This document shows positions 36,174 to 49,575 of a stretch of 64,000 bases of DNA, piece after piece (within the stretch, counting starts at the first letter, position 1; every line of letters starts with the position of its first letter). The notes below the pieces were generated by a model. The model saw nothing but the letters and a program-made list of their open reading frames with translations, was not told the origin of the DNA and made no database searches. Source of the DNA: Neodothiora populina (Eukaryota); NCBI RefSeq assembly GCF_041146345.1, contig NW_027191410.1, positions 310,001-374,000 of the forward strand. The letters run 5' to 3'. Both the position numbers and the translations under genes were made by a program.

Positions 36174-37568
36174 TCTGCGAACTTCGTGGCTGGTAGATTT
36201 TCGCTATAGCCCGGTCTACGCTATGATAGAGGGGCAGATATAGTGAAAGAAGAAAAAACAGCGCAGGCGGTCGACTGAGTACGTCGGAAGATGTACAATA
36301 ACCCCAGACAGTTGCGATTTTCAACTCTGCGATACGATGAATGCCTAAATCAGGCTTTCGCCGTGAATTTCGCAGTCTGGCTCAGGGGGATTGACAGAAG
36401 ATGAGTGTGGCGGGATTGGTCAGATGCGCGAGGGTGCAGGTTAGGCAGGACACAAGGTGACTGCAGGTTTTGCGACGTTGATGATGTGGGTGAAATTGTA
36501 TGTTGATATGTCGGCTCTGTATAGAGGACGAAGTCTTGATGCAAATTGAGCTTTGTCGGGAGTGGGAAAGAAAGAGGAAGAAGCGGTATGTTGATCTGTT
36601 GTTGTCTTGTTGACAGACGAAAGGTGGATCAAATAAAGTGGCCCTAATGAGTCGGCGCTCGTGCTTGCCTTCTGTTTATTGCTTTTAGCGTCAAAGCTGC
36701 CCGCCCTAGCCGCTTCGGGACAGGATGAAGTCCGGGAGAATTGTGACTCCCTACATCGCACCCCGCGCGTTATATAAGATACAGGCCTGCGCTGCAGACA
36801 GTATTTGGTAATTAAGTATCGCACATCTATAGGGTCTCGTACAAGGCAACTATAGTACCATAACATAGATAGCCTGTCTGACTCGATCTCGGTACTTGAG
36901 ATCGCTCTTGACGTATACTCGTATAATGATGCCGCGGTTTCTCAGCGGGACTTTTCGGCACTCGGCATCCATTACCCCCTGGGGACCCTGCGTTAGAATA
37001 CAGTGAACATCTCATGAACATGATCGCACAGTGCACACATTCTTCTAATGATGCGCACTAAAAGCATAAGCATGTCTATACACAGAGATCGGCACGGATG
37101 CTCAAATGAATGACAGATTCTGGCGTCGGCTTATATGAGGTTTGCTGGAAATTGCAGCTTTCTATGGCATCCACCCCATCACAACGCCAGTAAATAAACA
37201 CCACCATCGTATATCCCACCCAGTTTGTTTGGCTTGGAAAGCAAGGTCGTTAAATGAGTGAACAGGAGGATTCGAGGATCGCTCCCAAAGTAGAGACTGC
37301 GACCCGAGAGTCGACAACTTGACTCACCCGGAGAAAAGGCTTCGTTGCGTCGTTATCCATTTTCCATACCGAATGACGCCACGTTTGTTTGCCCTGGACC
37401 CAGTCTCTAGTGACAAAAGACAAAAGAAATAAAGTAAAAGCTTGTGAGATAGTTGAGCACACGAAGTGAAAGCTTTGGCACTCCTTTTTCTTTTTGCGAA
37501 AAGGAGGCTGATCAGCTACAAGATACCAGTCCTGCAACACTGACGATACAAGTGACGACGATGAACCT

Positions 37569-38384
37569 TTAAATCCACCCAGCCTGGACGTCTTCCTCCT
37601 CGAAGACGGTGTCGAGCATCTCCTGAACCTCCATCATATAGTCGGTGGCGGAGAAGTAAGCCAGACCGTGGGCCTCCATGAAGTGGTAATCGGCGTCTGC
37701 TTCGGCGTCGCGAACGACACCTCCGAATTCTTCTGCAATCTCGTTCAACTGCTCCAGTTCCTTACCAAAGGGATGGATCTGCTCGCTGGCGAAGTTCTCG
37801 CTAGACTCCCTGACCATCTCCTGTGCGGTCGAAGGAGGGGATCTCAGGCGCGATATAGAGCGCTGCCTGCTGACATGCATGTGAGCCTTCTTGCTGTGAG
37901 AGGGGGCGCGCTGTGGCACCGCAGGCGCATCAAAAGAAGGCTGAGAAGTCTGAGAGCTCTGTGAGCCAGGGCGGTCAGGGAGATCGGTGTAGACTGATGG
38001 CTTGAAGTAGCAGCTCAGGTGGTTTGGCTCGGGCGAGTTGGGTGAGCTGGTCAGGGATGATGCATCCGTGGAGTAATCCCTAGCACTGGCACTGCTGACA
38101 TCGCTGTGGTCTCCGGAGCTCCGGCTGCTGGAGTCTGATGCTCCAAAAGACATGGAGCGCTCGACATAGGCAGCAGTAGCATATGGGGTAGGCACGGTTC
38201 CCACAATGTCCGGGGCGTCAAATGACAAGACGTTGGTGGAAGAGATCAAGTTGATCGGAGCAGAGATCTGAGGCTTGGTGGGCTTAGCTGGAGAACGATG
38301 GCTAGTTGAGCGACCAAGGAAGCCGCCAGTGCTAGGCTTGTCTGCGCGGTTGCGCCTGGTGGTGAAGGCACGGGCAAGAGACAT
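37569..38384 (-). CDS. Ser/Pro-rich hypothetical protein
   Basis: 271-aa ORF with coding-like codon usage: MSLARAFTTRR, ISAPINLISSTN, EPNHLSCYF, HPFGKELEQLNEIAEEF, ending in GWI. Confidence 0.8.
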   Translation of the reverse strand: MSLARAFTTRRNRADKPSTGGFLGRSTSHRSPAKPTKPQISAPINLISSTNVLSFDAPDIVGTVPTPYATAAYVERSMSFGASDSSSRSSGDHSDVSSASARDYSTDASSLTSSPNSPEPNHLSCYFKPSVYTDLPDRPGSQSSQTSQPSFDAPAVPQRAPSHSKKAHMHVSRQRSISRLRSPPSTAQEMVRESSENFASEQIHPFGKELEQLNEIAEEFGGVVRDAEADADYHFMEAHGLAYFSATDYMMEVQEMLDTVFEEEDVQAGWI

Positions 38385-41205
38385 CTTTGTGCTTGGAGTG
38401 ATAGCTTTCGAGAGTTCAAGGTGCGAAGGCTGTTAGGAAGGTTATGACAGCAAAGGTAGTACAGATGATGTCAAGTGATGCGCGTGATGAGATCGCAAGG
38501 CTTGTGACTGTGGTCGTGCTAGCGCGACCTTGTGATGGGATCTAAATGACTGTGGTTGATGACTTTTGGGTGGCTATTGTGTATCGCGACTGTCTGGCAG
38601 CGCTGATGAAGGTCTGGTAGCGCGGTATGAATGTCTCGCTATGACTCTACAAGGCTCGCTTTTGATTTCTTTTTGATTGATATAATGAAGGAGTTACCGA
38701 GACACTGTCCTGAGGTCTTGGCGAATTTTGGGGATGTGAAAGTGATTTAAAGTGGAAATGAAGGGAATATAAAGAATGAGTAGACTGCTGTTGCTTGAAG
38801 GAGAGGCAAGTGAAGCAATTCTGGGCGATAGCCTGGCGACTAAACGCACGAGTGCAAGGAGTGACTTCGCTGAGAAGGGATGGTGGTTTTGGACTGAGGA
38901 GGAGAGGGTGTGCGCGGCAAAAGAATGCATGCAGTAGAGCACAAAGTCGGGCGACGCACTGGCGGCAGCCAACAAACCGTTGCTTTGCTCCACGATTGAA
39001 ACCTTGAGGGTTGGGCCACGTCTGTCTATGCGACACGCTTAGAACGTATTTGCCGCCACCTTTCTGATTGCTAGCAAGTACTGCATATTTCACGCTTCTC
39101 CATTTCTCGGACATTAGTGGGATTGATCCTCCGCTTTCTTTATTTCTCCCTATTATTGCTCAATGTTAATCGCAGGCTTCACGTCCATCACTCGCAAATC
39201 TACAAAGTGTATTACATTGCACGGTGACCTGACCACATCTTAAAGAGCTTTTACCAGACGTGACATGTGTGAACCAATAGCAGTGGATCTGAGACGAAGG
39301 GGTGTCTCTAGACATATTAATTGTGCCGATAACTTTTCGTAGCCAAATGCCAGGGACCAAAGCCTTCTCATTCGCCCGGCACGATTGCGCCGCCGCACCT
39401 GTTGCAATCTAGCGGCCCGCTTGCGTCAAACGATCACCAATCGTGTGAACTGTAATTCTCACCAATCGAGACCCTATCTAGCAGGTCAGGAGAAAAGTGG
39501 ATGAAAGCCCTGAGACTCGAGGGCCTTTTTTCCTTTCTCTGCCAGCGAAAAGCAGCTCTTCAAGGGGGCCCAGGTGCGAGCTTTTGCGACTCGTGTACCC
39601 TACTGTTCCACCCAACAGGAGCCTTTCTGTCTGGGTCTCGTGAGGAGGGCGAAAGCAAAACCTTACACATTTGATCAAACAGCCGCCGACACATGTCATG
39701 CGGAATCCTTGTTCGCTATCGGAAACAACAATATACTTCGCAGGCGACTTCACATATTGTGAGACGTCGCTTGAGTGCTTCGCTTCCTGAGGTGAAACGA
39801 ATGGTCAAATTCTCTTGTTACGTCGTTTTCCTCGTTACTCTGGTCCCTCTTCGTTGCTATCTCTTTGCATTATCGATACCCAAGGTGCTTTATCTACCGC
39901 CTCGAAGTTGTCGTGACCTCGGCTGGACTGGCCATAGCCAAACCACGACCGTTAGCAACGCCTTTTTATCCTTTTTTTTTCTTTCCTGCGAGTCGAAAGG
40001 GGCATGGTCGAGCACAAGTATTAGGTGTTACTTTCTCGAAGCGGCATTCTCGTCCTATGTCTTGCAAAACGCCTTTTCTTTTTGCGTTATTGTTTGCTTT
40101 CGAGGACGACGAGTCTAGCCCGGAGAAATACGACACAGCCCAAACCTGTGAGTCCCTGATGATCGGATTATGCACTGATGCCAGTGAGTGACTGTCATAA
40201 GATAGCCAGACGTGATATACCTTAAGCTGCGTTCATGACCGACCGATCTTCATGGCCCCTTGGCCTTCGGCTCGTCGTGACTTTTCCCGAGTAAAGCCTC
40301 TAGACGTACTGTATGTACGTCCAATGCACTGCAGACAGGGTATCTACTTGTTTGTTCTTATGCACGTGTGAATGACATGTTCAGCCCACAAGTCCAACCT
40401 ACCTACCTCTGAACCCCTCCCTTCTATATATCAAAACCTCAATCGTCCCATTCCACACTCCCCCTCAACTCCCCAAAGCATCATCTCAATTCCTCACTCG
40501 CATCTCAAACCGATCGACAAAGCCACATCCCCCAATCTCTCTATCGAGTGATAAGCGTAGCAACAGCAGCACGTAACAAAAGGCTCGTGCGTGGGCGTGT
40601 GCTCATCAGCGCGGGCGGGGATCAAGCTCAGACTCAAGCTCAGGTCACGATGCGATGCGATGCAACGCGATGGCGACACGCGGCACGTGGGAGAGAAATA
40701 GATCGAAGGGTGGACTTGACTACTTATTTCGCTGGCTCTACTGACTGACTGATTGATGTAGCTGACTGACTGCACTGCACTGCGTCCTGTTACACTAGAA
40801 TGAACTGAGCAAGACTCGACGTGCAACAAGCGAGTTGTATAAGTAAACCTGGTGTGTGTCGTACAACATATTCTTAAATCTGCAGAGAACTATGGCTGTG
40901 GACAGGGACAAGTAATGGTAATGGTGAAGAAAGTATGGTACAGATATCTACAGTCATGGTATAGAATCGTCTACAACGAGCAACGAAATCGAAAAGAAAA
41001 AAAAACCAAGTTCCCAAGACCCGGTACTGGGAGTGTCTAATTTGATACAGCAGAAACAGAAACTAAAAGCAGGCAGACTGCCTTTTCCCAAGAAACGCCG
41101 ACGCTTTGTATGATGTGTGTAAGATGCAACAGGGGAGCATGGGAGATCTCCCAAGACATGCTTTTCTTCCATCGCAAACGAAAATCGCAAGTGGAGTCTC
41201 TAAAA

Positions 41206-43107
41206 TCAAAGCTCTTCCTTGTACAAGTCCTCTACGGTGGGAAACTCGAAGCCGTAGTTGCGCTCCCAGATTTCGAGGCCGAGCCAGCGCTGCCACAGGC
41301 GTCCTGTCTCGAGGAGGAAAATATGCCATCTGTCGCGAAAAGGTCAGAAAGGCATTCATGAACCAAAATATAATGGAGTTGACTTACACAACAATGGGGA
41401 ACCTGAACCAAGACCCCACGATGTACTTGAACGCACGCCAAAAGAGATCCAGCTCGTCAAGAGCTGACTCGACGGCGCTCATGGCCTCCGAGTCCTTTTC
41501 CGTGTCCGAGTCCGAGTAGTCATCGTCTTCAAGTTGCTCTGCGGTAGCACCAGGATTGAGACCTTGCTCCGAGGCAATCATTTCCCGGAAGTCCTTGACG
41601 GCCTTGATGGCAGAACTGATCTTGTCAAGCAGGTTGATCAAGGCGACGAGTTCGGTCCTGCGCAGCGTCGGCTTGGGCTTGCTGACGTCGTTGTCGCCAA
41701 ACTCAAAAAGCACCTTCAATGCGGTTCCGAATCCGTTGGTCTGGAGCTTGCCCCATAACCTGCACTTGTCACAGCCGACGCAGTCCATGATGCGGCTGAC
41801 ATTTCGGAAACGATTGCGGAAGTCTTCCTTCAGGGTGATTCCGGTCTGCTCGGGGTAGTTGTCCTGGAACATAACAGACTCGTCGAATATCTCAGAGCCC
41901 GCCGGTAGTTGCTCTGCGAGTTGGATGATCATCTGCTTCGTGCGCCTGTCTTCTACAGGATCTCCGGTACAGAAGGTGTAGTCTTGAACATAGTCCTTCA
42001 GCTTGCTCACGGCGCGGGACACAAGGGCGAAGTTGAAGTACAGGTTGGAAATTCTCTCGGGGTATTTGTGGAGACGCCACTTGTAGCATTCCAGGTTGGG
42101 ACCCCATTGTCCGGTGGTTTGATTCAGATAATCGTAGCACAAGTGGGTGGAGATAGAAGCATGAAGACCAGAGACAACACGATAGAAGACGCGCTTCTCC
42201 AAGCAGGTGTCCTCAAATTCAAGCTTGTCTTCCATGCCGCCCGTTTGCATCGCTTGCTGTCTTCCGTGCTCTTTCATGACAGACTTGAGGTCTTGGGCTG
42301 CTTGGCCCTGCGAGCCTGTGAGGCCGCCAAAGGGAGCGATCGGGTTGCCGGAGCTCTTTGCTTCACTTTCGGCGGTCTGCTTTGAAAAGCAGTTCTCCTG
42401 ATAGATGGCTTTCCAGACTTGATGTGTGCCTTCTCCTGAGTAACCAGTAAAGCGCTCCGGGTTGTCGAGGAGACTGACGTAGTCTCCCTTTGAGGTTGCG
42501 CTCTCGTCTTCGGGAACACAGTAATCCCGCTCGTCACACTCATCGTCATATTCCACCACGCAGCTCTCGTCGACGTTTTCGCCTAGTTCGCCCATCAACG
42601 GCCGCTCAGGCCTCTCCTTCTGCTGCTTCTTGCCGGGATGTTGTGCTTTGGGACCCTCCAGACGACTCAGCTCTTCGGCTCGCCACACGCTGGGTATGTC
42701 TTCCTCATTGTCGATGGTGTTGACGGCACATGCGATGTTGCCGCACATGCCATTCTCGTCGGACCAGAAGGGGCAGACTTTGTGGAAGAGGTTCAGGCGG
42801 TAGTAGGAAAAGAAATCGGTCTGGGTGCAGAGACTCCTGACGTAGGGATGTATTCTGGTGTTGAGTGTATCCAGGTCCTGGTAGGAGGCACAGGCGTCGG
42901 ACACTGTGGCATCAGGCTGGAACTTGGGGTAGGACATGTCAGACTTCCTCGAGGGCCATTTCAGGGAGGATTGCTTACTGCGCAGACTTCTCCAGAACTC
43001 AAGCCATCTGGGTTGGTGCCTGCGGCATCATTAAGTTGACCAGCTTGTGCGGGTCCTAGCAATGCAAAGACGGCGAGGAAGAAGGACCCCGCTGCGGATG
43101 TCCGCAT
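41206..43107 (-). CDS. ERO1: ER oxidoreductin 1
   Basis: Signal peptide, CPFW..CGNIAC, NPERFTGY and MDCVGCDKCRLWGK; introns 42923-42978 and 41330-41387; ends in KEEL. Confidence 0.95.
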
Positions 43108-44917
43108 TTTGAGAGTGGCTGGAGTGTCTTCTGGAGTGTGAGGAATAAGCCAAAGATGGACATGGAAATGTGAAGTCGACTACAGAACAACTAACATGTG
43201 GGCAAAAGACAACGGTGAGGGGCGGGATTTCAAAGCAGCCAAAAGCTCATTCACAACTGAGTCCGGGGAAAGGAAGACAACAATGATGTTGGGTCAAGTC
43301 TTTGTATGATGGTGGCGAGGCGAGCCAAAAAGAAGTTGCTGACTATGACAACAAAGGGTTGAGTTGGAAACCCGAATGGTGAACAGGAAGTACAAGTATA
43401 ATAATACGATACGAATGCAAAGACTCGCATTCAATACGTGACCTTTTCCCGTATCGCCTCTGGAGATGTGTCTAATTCAGGCCCGAGTCATGGCTCCATC
43501 ACCCGATATCAGGGTCTCGGTGGTGCATTCATCAGTGCAGAGACGTTGTGTGCCATCAGCATACAAAGGTACCGTGTCTCAACCCGTGATGATCATGATA
43601 CTTGCTACTTGTTACTGTATCTGCTGCACAAAAACCAGGGGAACCCGTGGCGTCAAGCTGTGGCTGTGTACCTGTCCTCATCCTCGAATTACCATACTTG
43701 TACTCAGTCGTCTTGGCAGTCAGTGGCCGCGCTTGGACATCTCCGCCTTACAAGGAGCCGAACGACATTGAAATTTTCTGAGCCCGAGGAATTCGTGCTC
43801 TTTTGTCAACGCAACCAAATCATATTTCGACACTCAGAAACGAGAAGGGATGCCGTCCGGCTGTGTCGAGGTGTCTCATATCTACAATACTGTATGAACG
43901 ATGCACGACTGCTGTGACCGGATATCCCATCTCTTCTCCTCCCCAATGGTAAGTCTGAGTAGAATAACACTGCAATTTTTTTTCCCCTGCCGCTCTGTTG
44001 CCATCATACAAGGATGAGATATTCGATACCATATAATCTTATAGGAAGAGCCGGAAAAGGTACATTGGTATCGACACATACCATTGTCGCTGCTTATAAA
44101 CGGTACTCTGAAAACTATTGTTGGCAACACTTGGAGTCGACATGGCGAATTTGCTTTTTTGGGTCCACCTCGCACATCAAGCTGACTTGGTACTAGGAAT
44201 GTCCATATCGAACAAGTTGCAACGTGTGATATCACGTCCGAGACTTTGGGAGACTGGTCTATGGGATTAGCTTTGTCAAGGTGGGTGTGTTGGTCGTGTG
44301 TGGTTTGGGGTCTGTTCTATGTACGCAAATAAATTCACGATTCTTTCTACAACATATCGATGTACAATGCTTCCCTCACCAGGGCTTCATTCTATAACCT
44401 CTATCCGTCAACCGAGCAACGAGTAATTCTGAGCTCGCTTCCGTTCAACATGTGTGCCAGATCGACTTGATGAATACAACTGACATGATCCTAAATCACG
44501 ATTATAGGACAGGGTCTCCCTGTCCATTTTCGATTGGACACTCCTATGCAGTGACTACCATAATTAATCCCCGTGTGTTACTGTTTCGAGATACTATGGC
44601 TAGGCAGCCTGTGTACAGATTTGTTCGCTATATTATATCGCGTGACAGTGTATCCTCCCATGCTATGCGAATGCGAAACCAGCCAGGTGTGAAAAAAAAA
44701 CCCTCGCTCTCAAATCTTGTACTTGTAAAAAGTGGATCAAGCACTCCCTTCGATCAGCCCTGTACATAAGGCTAAAACTTGCCTACTCAGAATATCTCAA
44801 GTCGATCCAATCTCCAGCATTGAGTGAGGGTATTGTTGACGGGCCCGAGGATGGGCGACAACACACGCGCGACTGACTATGGTAGCCGCGAATGGTACGA
44901 GGCTGACAAGGTATCAC

Positions 44918-46536
44918 TCAAACAACATCGGGATGATACGACCTCTGCAACGGTGTAAGCCGACCGGACTCGACTATATCGTAGCTTTCATCGTCTCTGA
45001 CGGGGTATGTGCCAGGGTCTGGGTCGGCACCGGCCACGAGCGTGTACTGAGAAGTAGTGCTGCGGAAAGTAGGCATCCTCGAGAACGATGGTCCGACGTC
45101 CGGTTTTGGTAAGAAAAAGCTACTGGCGTTTGGGCTCGGCGAGAGACTTTCCATGAGTCCCACACTTGATGTGGATCTTGAATGTGACACCGATACTTTT
45201 GTCGTCATGGGAAGCTGATTAAGCTCTGCCAATATTTTGTGGTAATCGGAACGCTCTTCTGCATAACAATTAGTCCTTTGATGACAAGTCATGTCCATGA
45301 GAGCTAAGGCAAACCTTGATATGTCTCAAGAGCTGCCAAGAAGGGCAGAATGAGAACAGACATGGCTAGCATCTGACCAAACCCCCACTGGTTCTCGCTT
45401 TGATTATCGAGACCGGAGCAAAAGAGATCTGCATGAAAATCTGGCGGGGGCGGCGAGGGCGGCGGGACCGCAAACTTCTGTATGAGGATGAATGTGACCG
45501 AGATGATAGCGAACATGATTTGCGCTGCGAATATGACAGGAGGGTTAAGGAAGAGACAAAACCAAAAGATACGCTTGGTAATCTGTCCAACCCGATCTGA
45601 CCATCGTGGTCCCAGAAGTCGATCCAGAAGCCTTGTAGGTACAAGTCTGCGTCCACGGTTCCTATACAAAGACCTGATAGCGTTCTTGATCGAGTCTCGT
45701 ATGGACGGCATGAGCTGAAGAGCGGCGATCAAGTACACGTGAAGTGCCACCATTGGTGGGATCACATACATTATGATGTCACCAGCACTCGTCGAGACAT
45801 CTCTGCCGTTGCCTTGTTGGTGACTGGAGAAGATCCACGAATAAAAGATGCTGAGAACGTAGTAGGTCTGTCCGAGGCCGATAGAAATGGAGAGGAATAG
45901 GGCAAATATGATGATAAGGATCATTCGAAGCTTGGCGAGGACTGGGTGTCTTCTCAGATACTTGTGTAGCGAGAGCATACATGCCAGATGTGAACTGCTG
46001 GATAAACAGCTGAGGTAAATGACAAGAGACAGTCGGGCTGGCCATAGTCTGCCCTTCTCCGACAACGGCCACGGCTGTACGATGTAGCCTATGACAAGCA
46101 GAGAGATACCCGTGATAAGTTGTTGATCAGCCAGGTTCAAGATGAGCCTTTCCAGGATATTTCGCCAGAATCGGCATCGCGCAAGTTCTCTCTGGGTCAT
46201 CTCACTTGACAGCCTGGCATGGACAAAGCGAGGCATGAATATAAATCCACCCTCATTGTCGCTTATCATCGCCTCGAGCACTGCAGCGGTGATAGATGCC
46301 AGTGTTGTCATCAATCCAGCAATCAAGAAGGAAGTAATAACGCCAACGCCTGCAATGTCCGCATCAGGAGCCGGACATACCCAGTGATTACGTTGGGCGT
46401 TCAACTTGAAGCTTTGGCTGCATTTGTCTGGGTACTCTCGAATATATGTCGTGATGTTCATATCCGCGATGGCGAACCCATGGCCATAAGAAGGCACCCC
46501 CTGCGACATATCCTCATCGTTAGGCCACGACATCAT
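44918..46536 (-). CDS. Uncharacterised multi-pass membrane protein (5' end uncertain)
   Basis: About 7-8 hydrophobic segments; DADIAGVGV, LADQQLITG and WGFGQ motifs. Intron 45259-45314 extends the frame into ORF 44918-45298. Confidence 0.75.
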
Positions 46537-47699
46537 ATGGAGCGACAGAAGTTAGTAAAAGAAAGTAGATGATGACCTACGCAACAAGGACTTGTCCCTA
46601 CATATGGTGGTTCTAGATGATGGCCGTCTTGATGCTTCGTATAGACGCTTGGCGAGGCGCCTAAAGTATGCGATAGTCCTCATGCCAGTCTCGGACAAAT
46701 AAGATAGAGGCTGATGTCCTGGATTCTGACCAAGAGAAATCGGAGCCTGACCAACCTTGGCTTGGTGCCTCACTTACATACATATTTTGCGGCTTAGCCC
46801 AGAGTGCAGCGGGTAGAAGCGCACTGATTCGTCGACTTTGAGGGCGGAGGAGTGGCTGTGATGGCAGAAGAAGTGCAATGTAAGCAGCAGCAGTGCCTCT
46901 ATATCGATACTGATAAGCCTCATAAATGGCCTATGTGACCTTACTCCGATCATGCAGGAGGATGGCTGAAAACATGATCAGACGAGAGATGCGCAGTATA
47001 TGTATCTGGCGCTGCGACTCTTCAGATGACGACGACCAGGCTGCAGAACAAGAATACCTACGGAACAGCACATGCATATGACGCCTGTACACCATCCCGT
47101 TTATGTGGATGAAGAAGAGGTGTGAATGCGAGTCTGCCCAGAATATGCAAAGATGCAGCAACAAGAGCCGCTCGGAGAACTTCCCCACTCCCGACTATAG
47201 ACTTTTGGCTCTCACGTACCAAGCATTCGGTTACCATCACAGCTAACTTGGAACTTTTGTGAAAACAAATCAGACTCACCGTCATTCGTCGGAGATTCAT
47301 TCTTTGGCTTGGGTCAAAGATGATTGCATCCTTCCCGCCCGCCGCCACAAGCCGTGCCCGGGGGCACGCACCTGCGTCGTCGCAGAACGCCTACCGTACT
47401 TGTCTACCACACAGGGTTGCGCGGGTAAAGAGGACCCACATGGAGGGCGAAAGAAACGTTGTGGTACAAAGCAGCTTACCTTAATGACCTTTACCCTACG
47501 CTAGTTTGCTTTCAAAGCAGGAAATTCCGACGCAGTGATTCACCAATTGATTATCACCGACGCCAAACGCGGACCCCCATCCTTCCTCCACCTCAACATA
47601 CAAAGCCAGAATATTCTCCAAACTCTCAAATACAACAAAAATCACAAGTTTCGACTCTAAATTGACCTGACGTAAATTACCAAAAATAACATCGAAACC

Positions 47700-48377
47700 A
47701 TGGACAAAGACAATGCCAACCCCGCCATCCTCAACCCTTCCGACCTACCGTCTCGACGCCGCATCGACGACGACAACGACGACCTGATCATAAACACGCA
47801 ATCGACCAAGACCAACAGCATAGGAGGCGGACTCTTCGACGGTCTGATCCCATCATACCCATACTACGACTCCCTCAACACAGCGACGCCCCTCTCGCCC
47901 CCCGAATCCCCCACTCTCTCACCCGCCTCGGCCGCTTCATCCAGCATCTCAACCTCTGACCTCGAGGACAACGAGCCCGCCGAGGAAATCGACACGCAGG
48001 AAATCTACGACCTGATAAGCACCATTTCGGACCCGGAGCACCCGCTCTCGCTCGGCTCGCTGGCCGTCGTGAATCTGCCGGATATCAGTATCAAGGGCCC
48101 TTCGTCGCCTCGATCGCGCATTTCCACCGTGCGAGTGCTCATCACCCCGACCATCACGCACTGCTCGCTGGCGACGGTGATTGGGCTGGGCGTGCGCGTG
48201 CGTCTCGAGCAGGCTCTGCCACCGAGGTTCCGCATCGATGTGCGCATCAAGGAGGGCACTCACGCTAGCGACGAGGCCACGAATAAGCAGTTGGCTGATA
48301 AGGAGAGAGTCGCTGCTGCTATGGAGAATGCTACGCTCGTAGGCGTCATTCGCAAGATGTTGAGCACTTGCGAATGA
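47700..48377 (+). CDS. CIA2: MIP18/FAM96 family cytosolic Fe-S targeting factor
   Basis: MDKDNANP, DPEHPLSL, TPTITHCSLATVIGL and NKQLADKERVAAA. Confidence 0.93.
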   Translation: MDKDNANPAILNPSDLPSRRRIDDDNDDLIINTQSTKTNSIGGGLFDGLIPSYPYYDSLNTATPLSPPESPTLSPASAASSSISTSDLEDNEPAEEIDTQEIYDLISTISDPEHPLSLGSLAVVNLPDISIKGPSSPRSRISTVRVLITPTITHCSLATVIGLGVRVRLEQALPPRFRIDVRIKEGTHASDEATNKQLADKERVAAAMENATLVGVIRKMLSTCE

Positions 48378-48927
48378 GGCTAGTCACTTCGAGAATTTCT
48401 AGGGATTCTGACCCTTGGAGAATGGAGCGTTTCAATTGGAAGCTTCACATGTGAAATAACAACAGCTGCGGCTTATGTGGAGGCAGAGACCAGCCGGCCA
48501 TGGTGAAATGAAGACGCTGCTGCGATCAGACCCCAAGATAGAGCCGCAATTGGGCGACCCGATGGTGTAAGCTCTGAATCACTATTCGCCAACAATGAGT
48601 ATCATCATCGGGTCGAGTGATGCAAAGGCAGGACGGTACGAGCAAGCGAGACGAGGAGAAGTGTCAGAATGTGTCATTGTACCTCTTCGGTTTTGCCCTG
48701 TTCTCAAGGCTAAGTTGCGATATTTTATCTCTGTCGTATCAAGTCTGTATAAAAAGAGGAAAAGGGAAACATGTTCACATCCGTTGACGGATGAGAAACA
48801 GAGTGACATAAGGGACTCGGCGGGTGGGGTATCTACTTGTTGCTGGAGGAGAAAACGGAGAAGAAGGAGAAAAGGGAAATGAAGATCATCATCGCTACGC
48901 AGCCACATCTGTCCTTGCATCTCCGGT

Positions 48928-49575
48928 TCACTGAGTGATGATGTGCTCATTCCTCAGAGGAGCCTGATATGTCTGTGCCGGAGGCGGTAGATCCGAACTT
49001 CCCTCTCCGTTCAGTCTGTTCACTTCGCTCACGGTCTGGTCCGCAGATGCTTTGCTTGCACCAGGAGGTGGTTGGTAGACAGGCGGGGTGTCCCAGACAT
49101 GTTGACCGTAAGCCGGAGGAGGGGGAGCCCACCCATTCGGTGGCGGTTGCTGCTGCGCTCCGTTGCCGTTCATGGGGTACATGGGTTGCGACTGCGATGG
49201 GTTGTTGGCGTAATAGGCGTAGGTGTTCTGCTGTGGCGGCTGGCGATGAGGATCCCATCTCGAGCGACGCACCAACCATCGGTGGTATGGAAGAGGTTGC
49301 AGACCGCGACGGATCCGTCTTGTAGCGTGGTAGTAGGCGCCGAGAACAAAGACAATTATACAGAAGAATATGGCGGCGACTACTGCGTAGCGGACATAAT
49401 ACTATTGGAGCGAAAGAAAGGAGTCAGCTTTGGCGAGACGGGTACAAGAGTTAGGTAAATAACGTACATCAGTCCAGGAGTAGTGGCCATCATCGTCTAT
49501 GCAGTTCCCATAGTAGTCGCAGGTCATTCTCTTGGAGAGTTGTGGTCGCTGCTCTAGTGATCGTGGTAGAAACAT
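48928..49575 (-). CDS. RCR-family single-pass membrane protein with PY motifs (Rsp5 adaptor-like)
   Basis: Exon 49575-49468 and intron 49402-49467. TM segment followed by RRIRRGLQPLPYHRW, then PPPAY and PPVY. Confidence 0.8.

Noticed and set aside
39244..39260. U5 loop-1-like GCTTTTACCAG
   Set aside because: Lacks the invariant GCCTTTTAC and a closing stem.
43438..43917. 159-aa ORF upstream of ERO1
   Set aside because: GTG start, no coding-like bias and no recognisable motif.
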